Virus record (IMG/VR): IMGVR_UViG_3300042922_001471
Source of the DNA: an uncultured virus (IMG/VR IMGVR_UViG_3300042922_001471)
Taxonomy: Duplodnaviria; Heunggongvirae; Uroviricota; Caudoviricetes
DNA: 64,000 bases
Reading direction: 5' to 3' (one strand)
Under the pieces are notes generated by a model. That model was given only the letters and a program-made list of their open reading frames with translations. It did not search any database and had not been told where the DNA came from. A program made the translations under genes and the position numbers. Below are positions 21,038 through 31,733 of the stretch, one piece after another. Position 1 is the stretch's first letter; every line of letters begins with the position of its first letter.

Positions 21038-21601
21038 TTACAAATAAACTTCTGTATCAATTCCAACCTTATGACATTTTTTAAATCCTAATTGCTTGTA
21101 AAATCTTTGTAATTTAGATTTAGGTGTTCCTAAAGCATTACTTATATCTAATCCAATATAAAGGTTATATTTTTTGGCTATCTCAATGACTTTATTCATA
21201 TACTTACTCCCAAGCCCCTGCCTTCTACAACCTTCCCATACTTGGATTCTATGAACATATAAATAATAGAGTTCTGCTCTACCTTTTAAATCAATAATTA
21301 ATCTAACTTTTTCATTTTCTGCTTCTAATATTAATTGTTTGATTTCTGATTCTATTTCATTCCTTAAAACCTTATCAATAGATATATCAATTTTTTCATA
21401 GTAATCAAGAATTTCCTTTTTCATCTTTTTTAATTCAGGAATTTTATTATTTCTCAATAAATCCATAACTTGAGTAAAAATATCTTTATCGTAGTAAATA
21501 TTATCAAACTTATATTTTTTAACTAACGGAAACTTATTGTTACCTATTTGGATAAACAACATTCCGTCTATCAGATAAACTTTATCAATATTCTTATCCA
21601 T
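21038..21601 (-). CDS. protein with C-terminal GNAT acetyltransferase domain
   Basis: IQVWEGCRRQGLGSKYM and RFYKQLGF motifs. Confidence 0.8.
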   Translation of the reverse strand: MDKNIDKVYLIDGMLFIQIGNNKFPLVKKYKFDNIYYDKDIFTQVMDLLRNNKIPELKKMKKEILDYYEKIDISIDKVLRNEIESEIKQLILEAENEKVRLIIDLKGRAELYYLYVHRIQVWEGCRRQGLGSKYMNKVIEIAKKYNLYIGLDISNALGTPKSKLQRFYKQLGFKKCHKVGIDTEVYL

Positions 21602-21986
21602 ATAGAAGCTCCTCTATTTCTGAATTGCAAAATTCGATAATTTCAGAATCATAAACACACAACTCTGTTTCGCCTGAAATATAAGCTATTTCAACAGCTC
21701 TAAAACCTAAACCAAGTATATAATCCTTTATTTCTGAAACGCCTTCTTCTTCCTCAATTGCCAAATCTGGATACATTTCCTTTAAAGTAGGATAGTAAAT
21801 TTGTTTTATTTCAGCAGGACTAATTTTTGCTGTGATTACAAAGTTTCCGAAACTCTTAGCCAATGAAACTTGTTTAGCAAAATATATTCCTGTTCCAAAT
21901 CTACCAAACCCAGCTTTAAATCCATTCTTTAATATCTTACTTATGTTCCCATATTGTGTTCCATGAAACCAAATATCATGCTCCAA
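21594..21986 (-). CDS. PARP/ADP-ribosyltransferase-like protein (H-Y-E type)
   Basis: WFHGT...ILKNGF...FGTGIYFA...ELCVYD. Confidence 0.75.
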   Translation of the reverse strand: MEHDIWFHGTQYGNISKILKNGFKAGFGRFGTGIYFAKQVSLAKSFGNFVITAKISPAEIKQIYYPTLKEMYPDLAIEEEEGVSEIKDYILGLGFRAVEIAYISGETELCVYDSEIIEFCNSEIEELLYG

Positions 21987-21999
21987 TTAATATATCTCC

Positions 22000-22596
22000 T
22001 TATTTTAGAACTTCTAAATCATCATCACTTACAACAATTTCATTAAATAGAGTTTTATCTTCAGGTATAACAAGATAATTTATTTCATAGTCTTCATCAA
22101 TGTCTACTGTATCATCTATTTTAACAACTCCGACAATATCTAAACTTTTAATTTTAACCTTTATACCTTCTTCTAATATTTTTATGGCTTTATATCCATT
22201 CTTTTCTAAGACCAATTCTAAATCATAAAATAAATTACTTTTTGATTCATAATATTTTTTATAAGCAGGATAACACTTAACAAACTCTTCATTAAAACTA
22301 ACAACAGTTTCAACACCAATATGATTAACAATAAAATTTCCAAATGCTTTATCACAATCATCCTCAATAGCATCTAATATTATATTTATAGGAAGCTTTA
22401 GTGTTATATAATCATATAAGCACTCTTCAATATATTCTTCTAATGAAGTGATATCCCCGAACTGCCCTTCTTGATAGCTTTTATTGATAAATTCAACAAC
22501 ACCAGGTTTTAAAGCAAATCCTAAGTCGTTTTCATTTTTACTAAGTAAACCTTTAATTACCTCTATTATTTGCTCTTCAGTATAAAAATCATTCAT
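22000..22596 (-). CDS. hypothetical acidic protein
   Basis: 198-aa ORF, GAGGAG SD. Confidence 0.75.
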   Translation of the reverse strand: MNDFYTEEQIIEVIKGLLSKNENDLGFALKPGVVEFINKSYQEGQFGDITSLEEYIEECLYDYITLKLPINIILDAIEDDCDKAFGNFIVNHIGVETVVSFNEEFVKCYPAYKKYYESKSNLFYDLELVLEKNGYKAIKILEEGIKVKIKSLDIVGVVKIDDTVDIDEDYEINYLVIPEDKTLFNEIVVSDDDLEVLK

Positions 22597-23018
22597 AACT
22601 TTTCTCCTCTTTTAGGTATCATAATTGATTCCTTATTTTTATGTTTCTTTAATTATATTTAGTTTTTAGTCATTTTATTATTGGTATTATTCTAAAGAAT
22701 TGAAATGACATTGTTTTCTTTTGAACATTAAGAATTAACTGTTATTGTTAGCCTTTATAATACCCATACTAAATTATCATTGTCCATATTGTATTTTCAT
22801 ATTTTATCTCTATATACATATGCTTTTATCCATAATAGTCTATAGTCAATTTATAATCTACCATAAAAGATGTTTATATAGTTTAATATTGAATTTTTTA
22901 TTTAAATACATATGAATTATGAATTTTACGTCTGTTAAATTTGTATCATATAAATATCATCCTTTTTCTTTACATCAGTTTTTTTAAATGTGTTCTTAAT
23001 GTAAAGGGGGGATTTAAA

Positions 23019-23576
23019 ATTGGGGAATATACTTTATACAATCTTTTTCATTTAGCAAAAAGCGAAAATGAGGAAGCAAAGTTAGAATTAATTAAAAAGT
23101 TTCTTCCATGTATAAATGGTTTTGGCAAAAAGCTATATTACGAAGAATCAGAAACGGACCTTACAATTTTTCTGCTTGAATTTATAAGAAAGATTGATTT
23201 AAATAAATTTAAAAACAGAAATGACGGTGAAATAATTAATTATATGCATTCAGCATTTAAAAGCAAATATATAAATACTTTAAGACAATTACTAAACAAT
23301 AAAAAAGAACAGAATTTTGTTCAGGACTTTATTTGGACTGATAATTATGATGAACTTGACAAAGATTATTTTCTTAGTTTGTTAGATAATTTATGCGAAA
23401 TACAAAAGAAAATAATTATTGGCAAATATTATTATTGTTATACTGATATTGAATTAGCCAACATGTTAAGCGTCTCAAGGCAAACGATTTATAATCATAA
23501 AAAGAAAGCTTTATCTAATATTAAAGCTAATATGGAAGGAGGTGATTACTGTTGGAAGAGAGACTATATGAATTAG
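23019..23576 (+). CDS. uviA: alternative sigma factor, UviA/TcdR/BotR-like
   Basis: ELIKKFLP...YEESETDL N-region; region-4 HTH TDIELANMLSVSRQTIYNHKKKAL; paired with a uviB-like gene. Start uncertain: in-frame ATT at 23019 after AAGGGGGG, track uses TTG 22941. Confidence 0.75.
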   Translation: MGEYTLYNLFHLAKSENEEAKLELIKKFLPCINGFGKKLYYEESETDLTIFLLEFIRKIDLNKFKNRNDGEIINYMHSAFKSKYINTLRQLLNNKKEQNFVQDFIWTDNYDELDKDYFLSLLDNLCEIQKKIIIGKYYYCYTDIELANMLSVSRQTIYNHKKKALSNIKANMEGGDYCWKRDYMN

Positions 23577-23779
23577 CAACAACAAATGGAATTTGGGCAT
23601 TACTTTCTGTTGTTCTAATTGTTTATATTTTAAAAGCCCAGGAGAAAAGAGACGAAAGACAGGAAGAAAGAGAAAAAAATTATCAGTCATTGATTTATAG
23701 CTTAAGTGATAAATTAAATATTGTACAGGAAATTAAGGATGATATACTTGAAATTAAGAGTGCTATAAATAAAAAATAA
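23552..23779 (+). CDS. uviB: BhlA/UviB family holin-like peptide
   Basis: TNGIWALLSVVLIVYILK...EEREKNYQ; AGGAGG SD. Confidence 0.85.
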   Translation: MEERLYELATTNGIWALLSVVLIVYILKAQEKRDERQEEREKNYQSLIYSLSDKLNIVQEIKDDILEIKSAINKK

Positions 23780-23942
23780 GGCAGGTTTTTTATGTTGAAT
23801 TGTATAAACTTATGAAAGAATTGATGTTATTATAATATCAATTCTTTTTATATAAATTTTAAAAAATGGAAATAATTTCCTGTGTATAAAAAATATGTTA
23901 ACTGTTATAATATCAACAATAACTTAAGTAAATGGAGGATAT

Positions 23943-24221
23943 ATGAATAAAGGTGAATTAGTAACAGCAATAGCAGAAAAAACAGGTTTTACAAAAAAAG
24001 ATACAGAAATATATACAAATGGTATAATAGATTCCATAACAGAAGCAATGAGTAAAGGAGATAAAGTTTCTTTGGTTGGATTTGGTAACTTCGAAGTCAA
24101 AGATAGAAAAGAAAGAGAAGGAAGAAATCCAAGAAATCCTAAAGAAACTGTTATAATTCCAGCTTCAAAAGCTCCTACTTTTAAGGCAGGGAAAACTCTT
24201 AAAGAAGAAATAAACAAATAA
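23943..24221 (+). CDS. hup: HU DNA-binding protein
   Basis: MNKGELV...VSLVGFGNF...REGRNP...PTFKAGKTLKE. Confidence 0.97.
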   Translation: MNKGELVTAIAEKTGFTKKDTEIYTNGIIDSITEAMSKGDKVSLVGFGNFEVKDRKEREGRNPRNPKETVIIPASKAPTFKAGKTLKEEINK

Positions 24222-24569
24222 CTCTGAGCACCTGAAAAAATGGTAAAAACTGTAAAAAAATTTTTATGGAAAGTTTCAAGAAACATATAAAAAAATGTTA
24301 TAACATAGTAATTGATATCATGACTTTTCATACAAATTATAAATACGAGTATTGTAATTTAAATATTTATGAATCTTTTCTTAGATTACTTCATGTATAA
24401 GTTAAATGATATGACTTAAATAGAAACATACATTATCTAATAAACTATGTAATATCAAATGGTTGGTTTATATTGATATAATGTACCAATATATTCAGTT
24501 ATCTGAAAAAAATCTGTCACACAAATAAAAACAACACTGACTTGTGTTGTTTTTATTATTTCTAATTAG

Positions 24570-24998
24570 CTAAACATTTGAATATCTGGTTATTGCGTCT
24601 GTACTTACTTCCCCAAGATATATAACCTCAGCTTTTTCATATTTCACTTCTTTGTTTAAATACTCATTAAAAGGCACTACCGAATTACAATAATCTTCAA
24701 TGTATTTGCCATAATCTTTTCCTGTCATATAAGAATCATATATTATATCTGCAAAGTGTTCATTTGCTACGTATAAATTATCTATATTTAAGTCATTTAT
24801 GTCAATTTCACATATATAGTTACCGTCATTTCTTTTATCAAAAGATAGGTATATGCAATAATCTCTATCTATTGGCAATTCTTCTTTAACTTTTAAAATA
24901 CAATCGTTTATTATATCAGTTGAATTACTCTTATAATATCTATTAATGCCTTCCTTTTTAATTTTATTTACATTATTAGTATAATGATATAATATCAT
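24570..24998 (-). CDS. possible ADP-ribosyltransferase-fold protein
   Basis: LYHYT...IKKEGI...IYLS...AEVIY pattern. Confidence 0.45.
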   Translation of the reverse strand: MILYHYTNNVNKIKKEGINRYYKSNSTDIINDCILKVKEELPIDRDYCIYLSFDKRNDGNYICEIDINDLNIDNLYVANEHFADIIYDSYMTGKDYGKYIEDYCNSVVPFNEYLNKEVKYEKAEVIYLGEVSTDAITRYSNV

Positions 24999-25017
24999 AC
25001 AATTTACTCCAATTTTT

Positions 25018-25596
25018 TCATACTACTTTTTTAAATTTATTTCCATCAAAAATATCTATTGCATTTTTTTCAAGGACAAATTTAATTTCATCTTTTGTAA
25101 ATGAAACATATGAAGGTAAGTCTGAAGTTTCAAATATAAAATCACATTCTACTCCATTATCACTAAAATCTGCGTTATAAGTTAACCCACCATAATTATC
25201 ATAATCATCAAATAAATTTAACTTAAAATCAAGAACAATAGAAGTATCTTTAACTATTTCTACAAAACCCATATAAAGATTCTTTAAATATTGCCTCTGT
25301 TCTTCAACATAGTTGTCTTCCGAAATTTCTTTTTCATAACTTAAAACCATAATATCTAAATCAGAATTTTCTCTTTCGTGAAGTCTGGTTCTTGAACCAA
25401 ATATTATTAACTCTTTGATTTTATATTTATATAAATAATACTCCACCTTTTTTAAATCTATTATTTTTTCAAGATTATCCATTACTATATCTATGTTTTT
25501 TATTTGATTTATGGATAACATATCATCATCTACACTATTTATTTTATAGGTAAATTTATTACTCTTTGCAATACAATGTTTAACTGTAAATTCCAT
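25018..25596 (-). CDS. Pol-beta-type nucleotidyltransferase domain protein
   Basis: IIFGSR...SDLDIMV. Confidence 0.8.
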   Translation of the reverse strand: MEFTVKHCIAKSNKFTYKINSVDDDMLSINQIKNIDIVMDNLEKIIDLKKVEYYLYKYKIKELIIFGSRTRLHERENSDLDIMVLSYEKEISEDNYVEEQRQYLKNLYMGFVEIVKDTSIVLDFKLNLFDDYDNYGGLTYNADFSDNGVECDFIFETSDLPSYVSFTKDEIKFVLEKNAIDIFDGNKFKKVV

Positions 25597-25643
25597 TTCT
25601 GTTCCCCCTTTTTCAATTTATCCATTTTTTTAAGTTTCTAATA

Positions 25644-26894
25644 TTATGAAGCTAACCTCTCATTATTTCCAAAATACTTACTTATATATTCTTTTGTGAT
25701 TACGTATGTCTCTAAGTTTTCATCTGGAATAGAAAATAATAAATCAGTCATGAAGTTACTAACAACTGATTTTAAACCTCTTGCTCCTGTTCCTCTTTTT
25801 AACGAAATATCTGCAATTGTCTCTAATGCATTATCTTCAAAAACAACTTTCTTATCTTGAAGTTCGAATAAGAGTTCATATTCTTCTATTGTACCATTTT
25901 TAACTTTTAGTATTTCTACTAATTGTTTTTTATTTAAATGCTCTAAATTTGCAATTATAGGAAATCTCCCTAAAAACTCTGGTATCATACCATATTTAAG
26001 CAAATCCTCATAACCAATATAGTTTCTTACACTACTTATCGAATTATTATTTACTTTAGATACCTTTTCATAGCTAAACCCAATTTGTTTAGAATAAACT
26101 GTATTTAAATTAAGTCTTTCAGATACTATTTTTTCAATTCCTACAAATGCTCCTCCACAAATAAATAAGATATTATTTGTATCAACTTGTATATTTTTAC
26201 CCTGTGGATGTTTTCTCCCTCCATCTAAAGGAACTTCACATATAGTCCCTTCTACTATTTTAAGTAATGCCTGTTGCACTCCCTCACCAGATACATCTCT
26301 TGTAATAGAAACATTTTCACCCTTTTTAGCAATTTTATCAATTTCATCAATATAAATTATTCCATATTGTGCTTTTAGGGGGTTCATATCAGAACTTTTT
26401 AAAAGATTATGAACAACTGATTCAACATCGTTTCCAACATAACCAGCCTCTGTTAAGTTAGTTGCATCTGCTATTGCAAATGGAACTCCAAGAATCTCTG
26501 CAAGGGATTGTGCTAATAAAGTCTTACCCGTACCCGTAGGTCCTACGATAAGCAAATTATTTTTCTTAATTTTCTTTCCTGATTTAATTATTCTATCTTG
26601 ATTAATTACTCTTAAAAAATGATTATATATTTCTACAGAAATCTTCTTTTTTGCATCATTTTGTCCGATAATTACTTCATCAAGTTTTCTAACTAACTCC
26701 ATTGGCGTTATTAGATTTTTTCTTATTTCCTCAATAATTTCTTGATTCTCTTGTTCTAAATCTTCCTGAGTTTCCTTACCATATATTTTTCTACATTTTT
26801 TACACATCTTAGCATCTGGTTTTTCAGGAACGGGGAAATTAATCATACTTTCTTTAGCTCCTGCATTCCCACAAAAATCACATTTAATATTCAT
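25644..26894 (-). CDS. clpX: ATP-dependent Clp protease ATPase subunit ClpX
   Basis: C4 Zn finger, [31 protein letters not shown] and IGF loops. Confidence 0.97.
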   Translation of the reverse strand: MNIKCDFCGNAGAKESMINFPVPEKPDAKMCKKCRKIYGKETQEDLEQENQEIIEEIRKNLITPMELVRKLDEVIIGQNDAKKKISVEIYNHFLRVINQDRIIKSGKKIKKNNLLIVGPTGTGKTLLAQSLAEILGVPFAIADATNLTEAGYVGNDVESVVHNLLKSSDMNPLKAQYGIIYIDEIDKIAKKGENVSITRDVSGEGVQQALLKIVEGTICEVPLDGGRKHPQGKNIQVDTNNILFICGGAFVGIEKIVSERLNLNTVYSKQIGFSYEKVSKVNNNSISSVRNYIGYEDLLKYGMIPEFLGRFPIIANLEHLNKKQLVEILKVKNGTIEEYELLFELQDKKVVFEDNALETIADISLKRGTGARGLKSVVSNFMTDLLFSIPDENLETYVITKEYISKYFGNNERLAS

Positions 26895-27092
26895 TATATT
26901 CTCCCTTATGTATATGTTTTAATAAAGCACCTTTTTTATAAATCATAATGTATTATATTCGTAAAAAGTTAAGTTATAAACTACATTAAAAAATGAAGTC
27001 TAAACTTACCCTCAATTTAATTATAAAATTTCATTTAAACCCATTTTTATTTCGATATATATTATATTATGTATTATTTTTATACATAAAAA

Positions 27093-27143
27093 TAATACCC
27101 CCATAGGTGAATAATCGTCAATTATTCACCTATGGGGGTATTA
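27093..27143. repeat. perfect 23-bp inverted repeat with 5-nt spacer
   Basis: TAATACCCCCATAGGTGAATAAT-CGTCA-ATTATTCACCTATGGGGGTATTA. Confidence 0.95.
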
Positions 27144-27282
27144 AATTAGTGATTGTTTACCATCATTTAACATTAGTAATTCATAAAAACACATCTGTTG
27201 TGAAATTTTAAAAAATAAGACGTTTTGTTTAAAAATAAGCTGTAGGAATCCTCTACAGCTTGTAGTGTTTTAAACTATTTTA

Positions 27283-27951
27283 CTATTCAAATAAATCTTC
27301 TACAACTGAAAAATTCGCATTCCCCTTCCCAAATTCTTCAACATGATACATTACAGTTTCCAATATACCTGGATTATTAACCATATCATATACAGTTTCA
27401 GCTTCAGGAATGAATTTATTGTCTTTGGCAACCTTTCTATAAATATTTAATAAAACATTTGCTTGTGTCTCAGAAAAAGTTAATTCCTTTTCATAATAAT
27501 CAGAATGAACGGAATACATATTATCAGCTTTCTTAAAATTGTCTAAGTTTTTGATATAGTCATTATAATACGATAATGCGTCTTCAATATACTTATCAAA
27601 ATCAATTTTTCTTTTCTCTGATAATTCCCTACTCTCTTTCTTAACTCGATTAGCAATATCTGCTCTTATAGTTGCTTTCTGATTACCAACAACATCTTTT
27701 GCTGACAGAGATAAAGTTGGACTATTTAAAATGTCCCTAATACTAACTACACTCTTTTCAACCTTATCTTCTCTTTGAAGTTCATAGCCATATAATCTAC
27801 ATAATGACTCTATTGCATCTGTATCCATTAATCTGTTGCCACATTCCCAACTTGATATTGTTTTAGGGCTAACAAATATTTTTTCTGCAACTTCTTCCTG
27901 TGTCCAACCTTTTTTTAATCTTAATTCTTTGAATTTCTCTGCTATGTTCAT
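27283..27951 (-). CDS. XRE-family HTH regulator
   Basis: LRLKKGWTQEEVAEKIFVSPKTISSWECG. Confidence 0.9.
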   Translation of the reverse strand: MNIAEKFKELRLKKGWTQEEVAEKIFVSPKTISSWECGNRLMDTDAIESLCRLYGYELQREDKVEKSVVSIRDILNSPTLSLSAKDVVGNQKATIRADIANRVKKESRELSEKRKIDFDKYIEDALSYYNDYIKNLDNFKKADNMYSVHSDYYEKELTFSETQANVLLNIYRKVAKDNKFIPEAETVYDMVNNPGILETVMYHVEEFGKGNANFSVVEDLFE

Positions 27952-28240
27952 AAATTTCTCTCCTAATTATATTTATAATAATATTTTATCACTTATTAAT
28001 GTAAAAAGCACCCTGCGTATTGTAGAGTTTCCAATACTTTAACTCATTTTTACCTTTTAAAAATACTTAATAAAAGCTCCTTTCCTTTAAGTTTATTTAT
28101 TATACTAACTAAATACATAAAAAATGAAAAAACCCTTGTATAATTTAAAGTTTATTATCTTCAATGTGCCTTTGATAATTGAAACAATGATATATAAAAA
28201 ATTCAAATAAAAAAGACTCTTACTTGAGTCTTTTTTTGTT

Positions 28241-28651
28241 TTAAATTTGTGATTTATAAGGTTCATTACAACCTTCTTCCCAAGGAAACTTAAAGTTTTT
28301 ATCTGGAAATATTATTCTCAAATTCTCTTCACCATTACCTTGAATACCTGTCACTTCCTTAAAAGCTATTTTACAACTAAAAATGGTTTGGTCAAAATCA
28401 CCGTCATTAAATTTTTTTCCATTAACGATTTCTAATCCGATAAGATTAATGAATTGAGTTGCTTGTTTTGGTTCTAAAGGTAAATTTAATTCCAATTCAA
28501 GAACGTCATATTCATTCAGCCCATGTGTATGATAAACTATCCCACCATTTGCTTCTGGAACATCAAATACTTGATGCACAATCCAAGTTGGTTTTTTTAT
28601 TTTATTAATATTGTTAAAGTTTCTAATCTCTCCCATCTTAGCCTCTCTCAA
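28241..28651 (-). CDS. hypothetical protein
   Basis: YHTHGL...FPWE motifs; terminator downstream; start may be a few codons internal. Confidence 0.7.
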   Translation of the reverse strand: MREAKMGEIRNFNNINKIKKPTWIVHQVFDVPEANGGIVYHTHGLNEYDVLELELNLPLEPKQATQFINLIGLEIVNGKKFNDGDFDQTIFSCKIAFKEVTGIQGNGEENLRIIFPDKNFKFPWEEGCNEPYKSQI

Positions 28652-28916
28652 CTTTTATATTTTTTAACAACTCTTTTTGTTGTGTCCAAAATTTAATTTT
28701 GCTATCACAATGGTTAGAAATTATACTTATAGCTTTTTCATGGATGGAACAATTTTTCATATCTTCGTTAGTAATATATTCGCTTTCCATTTCTAAAAAA
28801 TTACTTTCTAATTTCCATGCACCCAAGGATTCATAATATTTTAGCGTTACAATTTCATTATCATTCACTTCTAATATATATTTATCATCCCAAATTTGAA
28901 GCCACTTCGAACTCAT
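28638..28916 (-). CDS. hypothetical protein
   Basis: 92 aa, GGGAG SD, overlaps both neighbours. Confidence 0.7.
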   Translation of the reverse strand: MSSKWLQIWDDKYILEVNDNEIVTLKYYESLGAWKLESNFLEMESEYITNEDMKNCSIHEKAISIISNHCDSKIKFWTQQKELLKNIKVERG

Positions 28917-29988
28917 TGCTTTCTCCCACCTTATTTTCTATAATGATGCTCATTTTAGCCCTTTTTATATATTCGATTGCTCTTTCTGTACTCCAAGCGT
29001 GTATATATCTTTCTTCACTAAATCGCTTTGTAACATCTTCATATTCAAAGGTGTCAGAGAATTTTTTATAATTTTCTAACCATTTTATATTTATTACCCT
29101 TTTTCTCCAACCGATTTTTATATCACCATCAGGTGTTGATACAATGAACCAAGGAGAACAATGGTCACAAGGACAATATTCATTTGGTATTTCAGTAAAA
29201 GTTATATTTTTTAAACTATATACCATAAATAATATATCTGTAAACTCTTTTAACTGTTCTCTTGAATTATGTTTCTTTAAGCATTCCTTATGATAAGAAT
29301 TCTTTTTAAAATTATCTTGATTAACAAGTATAAAATCGTTTAAAGTTTCTAAAGTCCATTTTTCTCCACATTCTGGACATATTTCATCTGCATAAGGTAT
29401 TCTTTCATAATGACAAGTATATCTATTAACATACCTTTTGTAAATATAAATTTCAACAGTTTCAGTGTGAATAAATAAAGGGATACTATCTTTAAAGTCT
29501 TTTTCAGATAATATCTTCTGCCCAATAAACTCTTGTCCTGAAATTACTAAAACTTGCCCAAATTCATCAAAAGATAATAGGTTTTTCCAAACAAATTCCT
29601 TAAGTTTCATCTTTTTCTTTCGATATGCAACACTTCTAACTTCTATAATTTTATGAAGCGTTTCTAAATCAACCACATAATTATCGATACCTGTTACTGT
29701 ATTAAATATCTCTACAGGTAAATCAAGTTCCTTTGGCTCATACTCAACTTCAACATAAATACGAGCATAATGGTCTTTTTTAGCGTATTTCATAAATGTA
29801 TCATATTTAAAATATGGATTGCCATTATAACCATAAAAGACAGGTTTTAACTTATCTCCATAATTTAAAACAGTACATTTAATCGTTTTTGTATCAGAAT
29901 AATCGTCTAAATCTATATAGACATAATCACTCCCATATTTTTCAGAAACGCAAGTTTCCATTACTTTAATTTCTCTATTCATAACCAA
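28885..29988 (-). CDS. hypothetical phage-type protein with Zn-binding motifs
   Basis: CPEC, PNEYCPCDHCSPWF, IGWRKRVI. Confidence 0.8.
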   Translation of the reverse strand: MVMNREIKVMETCVSEKYGSDYVYIDLDDYSDTKTIKCTVLNYGDKLKPVFYGYNGNPYFKYDTFMKYAKKDHYARIYVEVEYEPKELDLPVEIFNTVTGIDNYVVDLETLHKIIEVRSVAYRKKKMKLKEFVWKNLLSFDEFGQVLVISGQEFIGQKILSEKDFKDSIPLFIHTETVEIYIYKRYVNRYTCHYERIPYADEICPECGEKWTLETLNDFILVNQDNFKKNSYHKECLKKHNSREQLKEFTDILFMVYSLKNITFTEIPNEYCPCDHCSPWFIVSTPDGDIKIGWRKRVINIKWLENYKKFSDTFEYEDVTKRFSEERYIHAWSTERAIEYIKRAKMSIIIENKVGESNEFEVASNLG

Positions 29989-30013
29989 TCTCCTTATAAG
30001 TTTTTACAGCCTG

Positions 30014-30322
30014 TTAAAATGGCCAATCGTCAGTATTGTATTTTGAAAAATCTAAGGGTTCTAAACTAAATGGAATACTTGCAAATTCCTTCATAGGAAT
30101 TGAAGCTCCACTTAATACAGTCATTTCCCCATTTTCATCATGCTCAACTAAGTCTTTCGCAATTGGATTTTTACATTTATCGCAATTTATTTCTTCATAA
30201 TTGCAACCCCACTCCTCTGTTATAGTTCCTCCACATACACATTCATAACTTGTAAACCCTGTACTCATAATTTTTCTCCCTTTTTTATAATTTCTTAGAG
30301 TTATGTTTTTTATTAAAATCAT
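30014..30322 (-). CDS. small Zn-ribbon protein
   Basis: CVCGG...CDKC; real start probably MSTG after GGGAG. Confidence 0.65.
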   Translation of the reverse strand: MILIKNITLRNYKKGRKIMSTGFTSYECVCGGTITEEWGCNYEEINCDKCKNPIAKDLVEHDENGEMTVLSGASIPMKEFASIPFSLEPLDFSKYNTDDWPF

Positions 30323-30672
30323 ACAAATTGTTTTTCAATAGCTTCTCGCAGAATTTGAAGTTGATATTCTTTATATACCTTTTCTTCTAACCTCTTTTTT
30401 GCTACTACTACTGTTCCATAACAATTTTTTTCAAACTCAATAAAACCTATTTCTTGCATAGCTTTTAAATAGTCATCAAAAAACTTAATGTCAACGCCTT
30501 CTGGTTTAATTATTAACTCAATTAATCCCTCTTTCTTGCTTTTAGTCAAATAATATCCAAGCATAGCTTTAAGATGTCCTATATATACCTTTCGTTTACT
30601 ATAATTACAGCAAAACAAAACTATTTTTGAGAACTCTCTAAAAGCTTCCTTTTTCATTGTCATTATTGACAT
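30319..30672 (-). CDS. hypothetical protein
   Basis: 117 aa, GAGGTG SD. Confidence 0.7.
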   Translation of the reverse strand: MSIMTMKKEAFREFSKIVLFCCNYSKRKVYIGHLKAMLGYYLTKSKKEGLIELIIKPEGVDIKFFDDYLKAMQEIGFIEFEKNCYGTVVVAKKRLEEKVYKEYQLQILREAIEKQFV

Positions 30673-30700
30673 AACTTTTCACCTCATTATTTATAATTTT

Positions 30701-31027
30701 TTACCACCATTTATATCTGAAACTTTGGAATCCTTTAATATCTAAAATACTTTCTTCCCTAAAATCATCCATGATAATCTGACATTTACCAGACCACACC
30801 CTATTTGTTGTTTCGCAAAGAGAAGTAGAATCTTCTTTTATTTCAACGACTTTCATTGAAGAACTGATTTGATTATTCTTTACGAAATATACCCTATCAC
30901 CTATGTTTAAGTTTTTAGGAATTTTTGATAATGTCCAAAATGCATCATATCTTTTGTCTACAATATCTTCGTTTTCTTTAATGTCATTCTCATATTCAAA
31001 TTTTGGAATAGTAACTACAATGTCCAT
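30701..31027 (-). CDS. hypothetical protein
   Basis: 108 aa, SD, TTGACT-17-TATAAT promoter upstream. Confidence 0.75.
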   Translation of the reverse strand: MDIVVTIPKFEYENDIKENEDIVDKRYDAFWTLSKIPKNLNIGDRVYFVKNNQISSSMKVVEIKEDSTSLCETTNRVWSGKCQIIMDDFREESILDIKGFQSFRYKWW

Positions 31028-31360
31028 ATAATTTCCTTTTAAAATTTATTTAATAAATAAAATCCTTTTGTCTTAAATTTATATATTATATACGTTATAA
31101 AATGATTTTAATTACTGAGTCATTAATTTTTCTACTATACACATTATATAATATCTATTGACTTTAGTCAACGTATCTATGAATTTTTTATTTTCTTTTT
31201 ATTAAACTTTAAATAATAATCTTATTAAAGCCATTATTTTAAATTGAGTGAAATTTAGGAATTACTAATAGGATTATAAATATGAAAGTAACAAAAATAT
31301 GATACATAGAGATAATAATTGTGGTTGTAATCTTGTCTTAAATTATTAATGATATATAAC

Positions 31361-31425
31361 AAAAAATAGTTGCAAGATTCACTTTTTGCAACTATTTTTA
31401 AAGCTCTAACTGTCAGGTAGGAGCA
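31361..31425 (-). ncRNA. candidate ~65-nt sRNA, copy 1
   Basis: TTGAAT(31459-31454)-17-TATAAT(31436-31431), then GCUCCUACCUGACAGUUAGAGC, then an AAUAGUUGCAA/UUGCAACUAUU terminator with U-tract; no ORF. Confidence 0.65.
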
Positions 31426-31733
31426 ATATTATTATAAATCAAAATCAAATATTATTCAAGCAAATAACACATTTTTTATATACTCCAACAATGGGGTGAT
31501 AGCAATAAAACCTTTATTTCCAATGATATATAGCAATGTATGTTTAGAAATTAGGTTTTTCTCATAGCGAAATTCTTTAACATTATTTTGATTTTTAAGA
31601 GAGTTCTCGTATATAATATAAAAACAAAATAAGAAAGGCATTTTAATAAATAAACTTTAATAGGAAATAGGACTATCTTGTGAACAATTAAGAGTGCTAT
31701 TCGCTTTTTTAAACAGGAAAGAGAGGAATTAAA

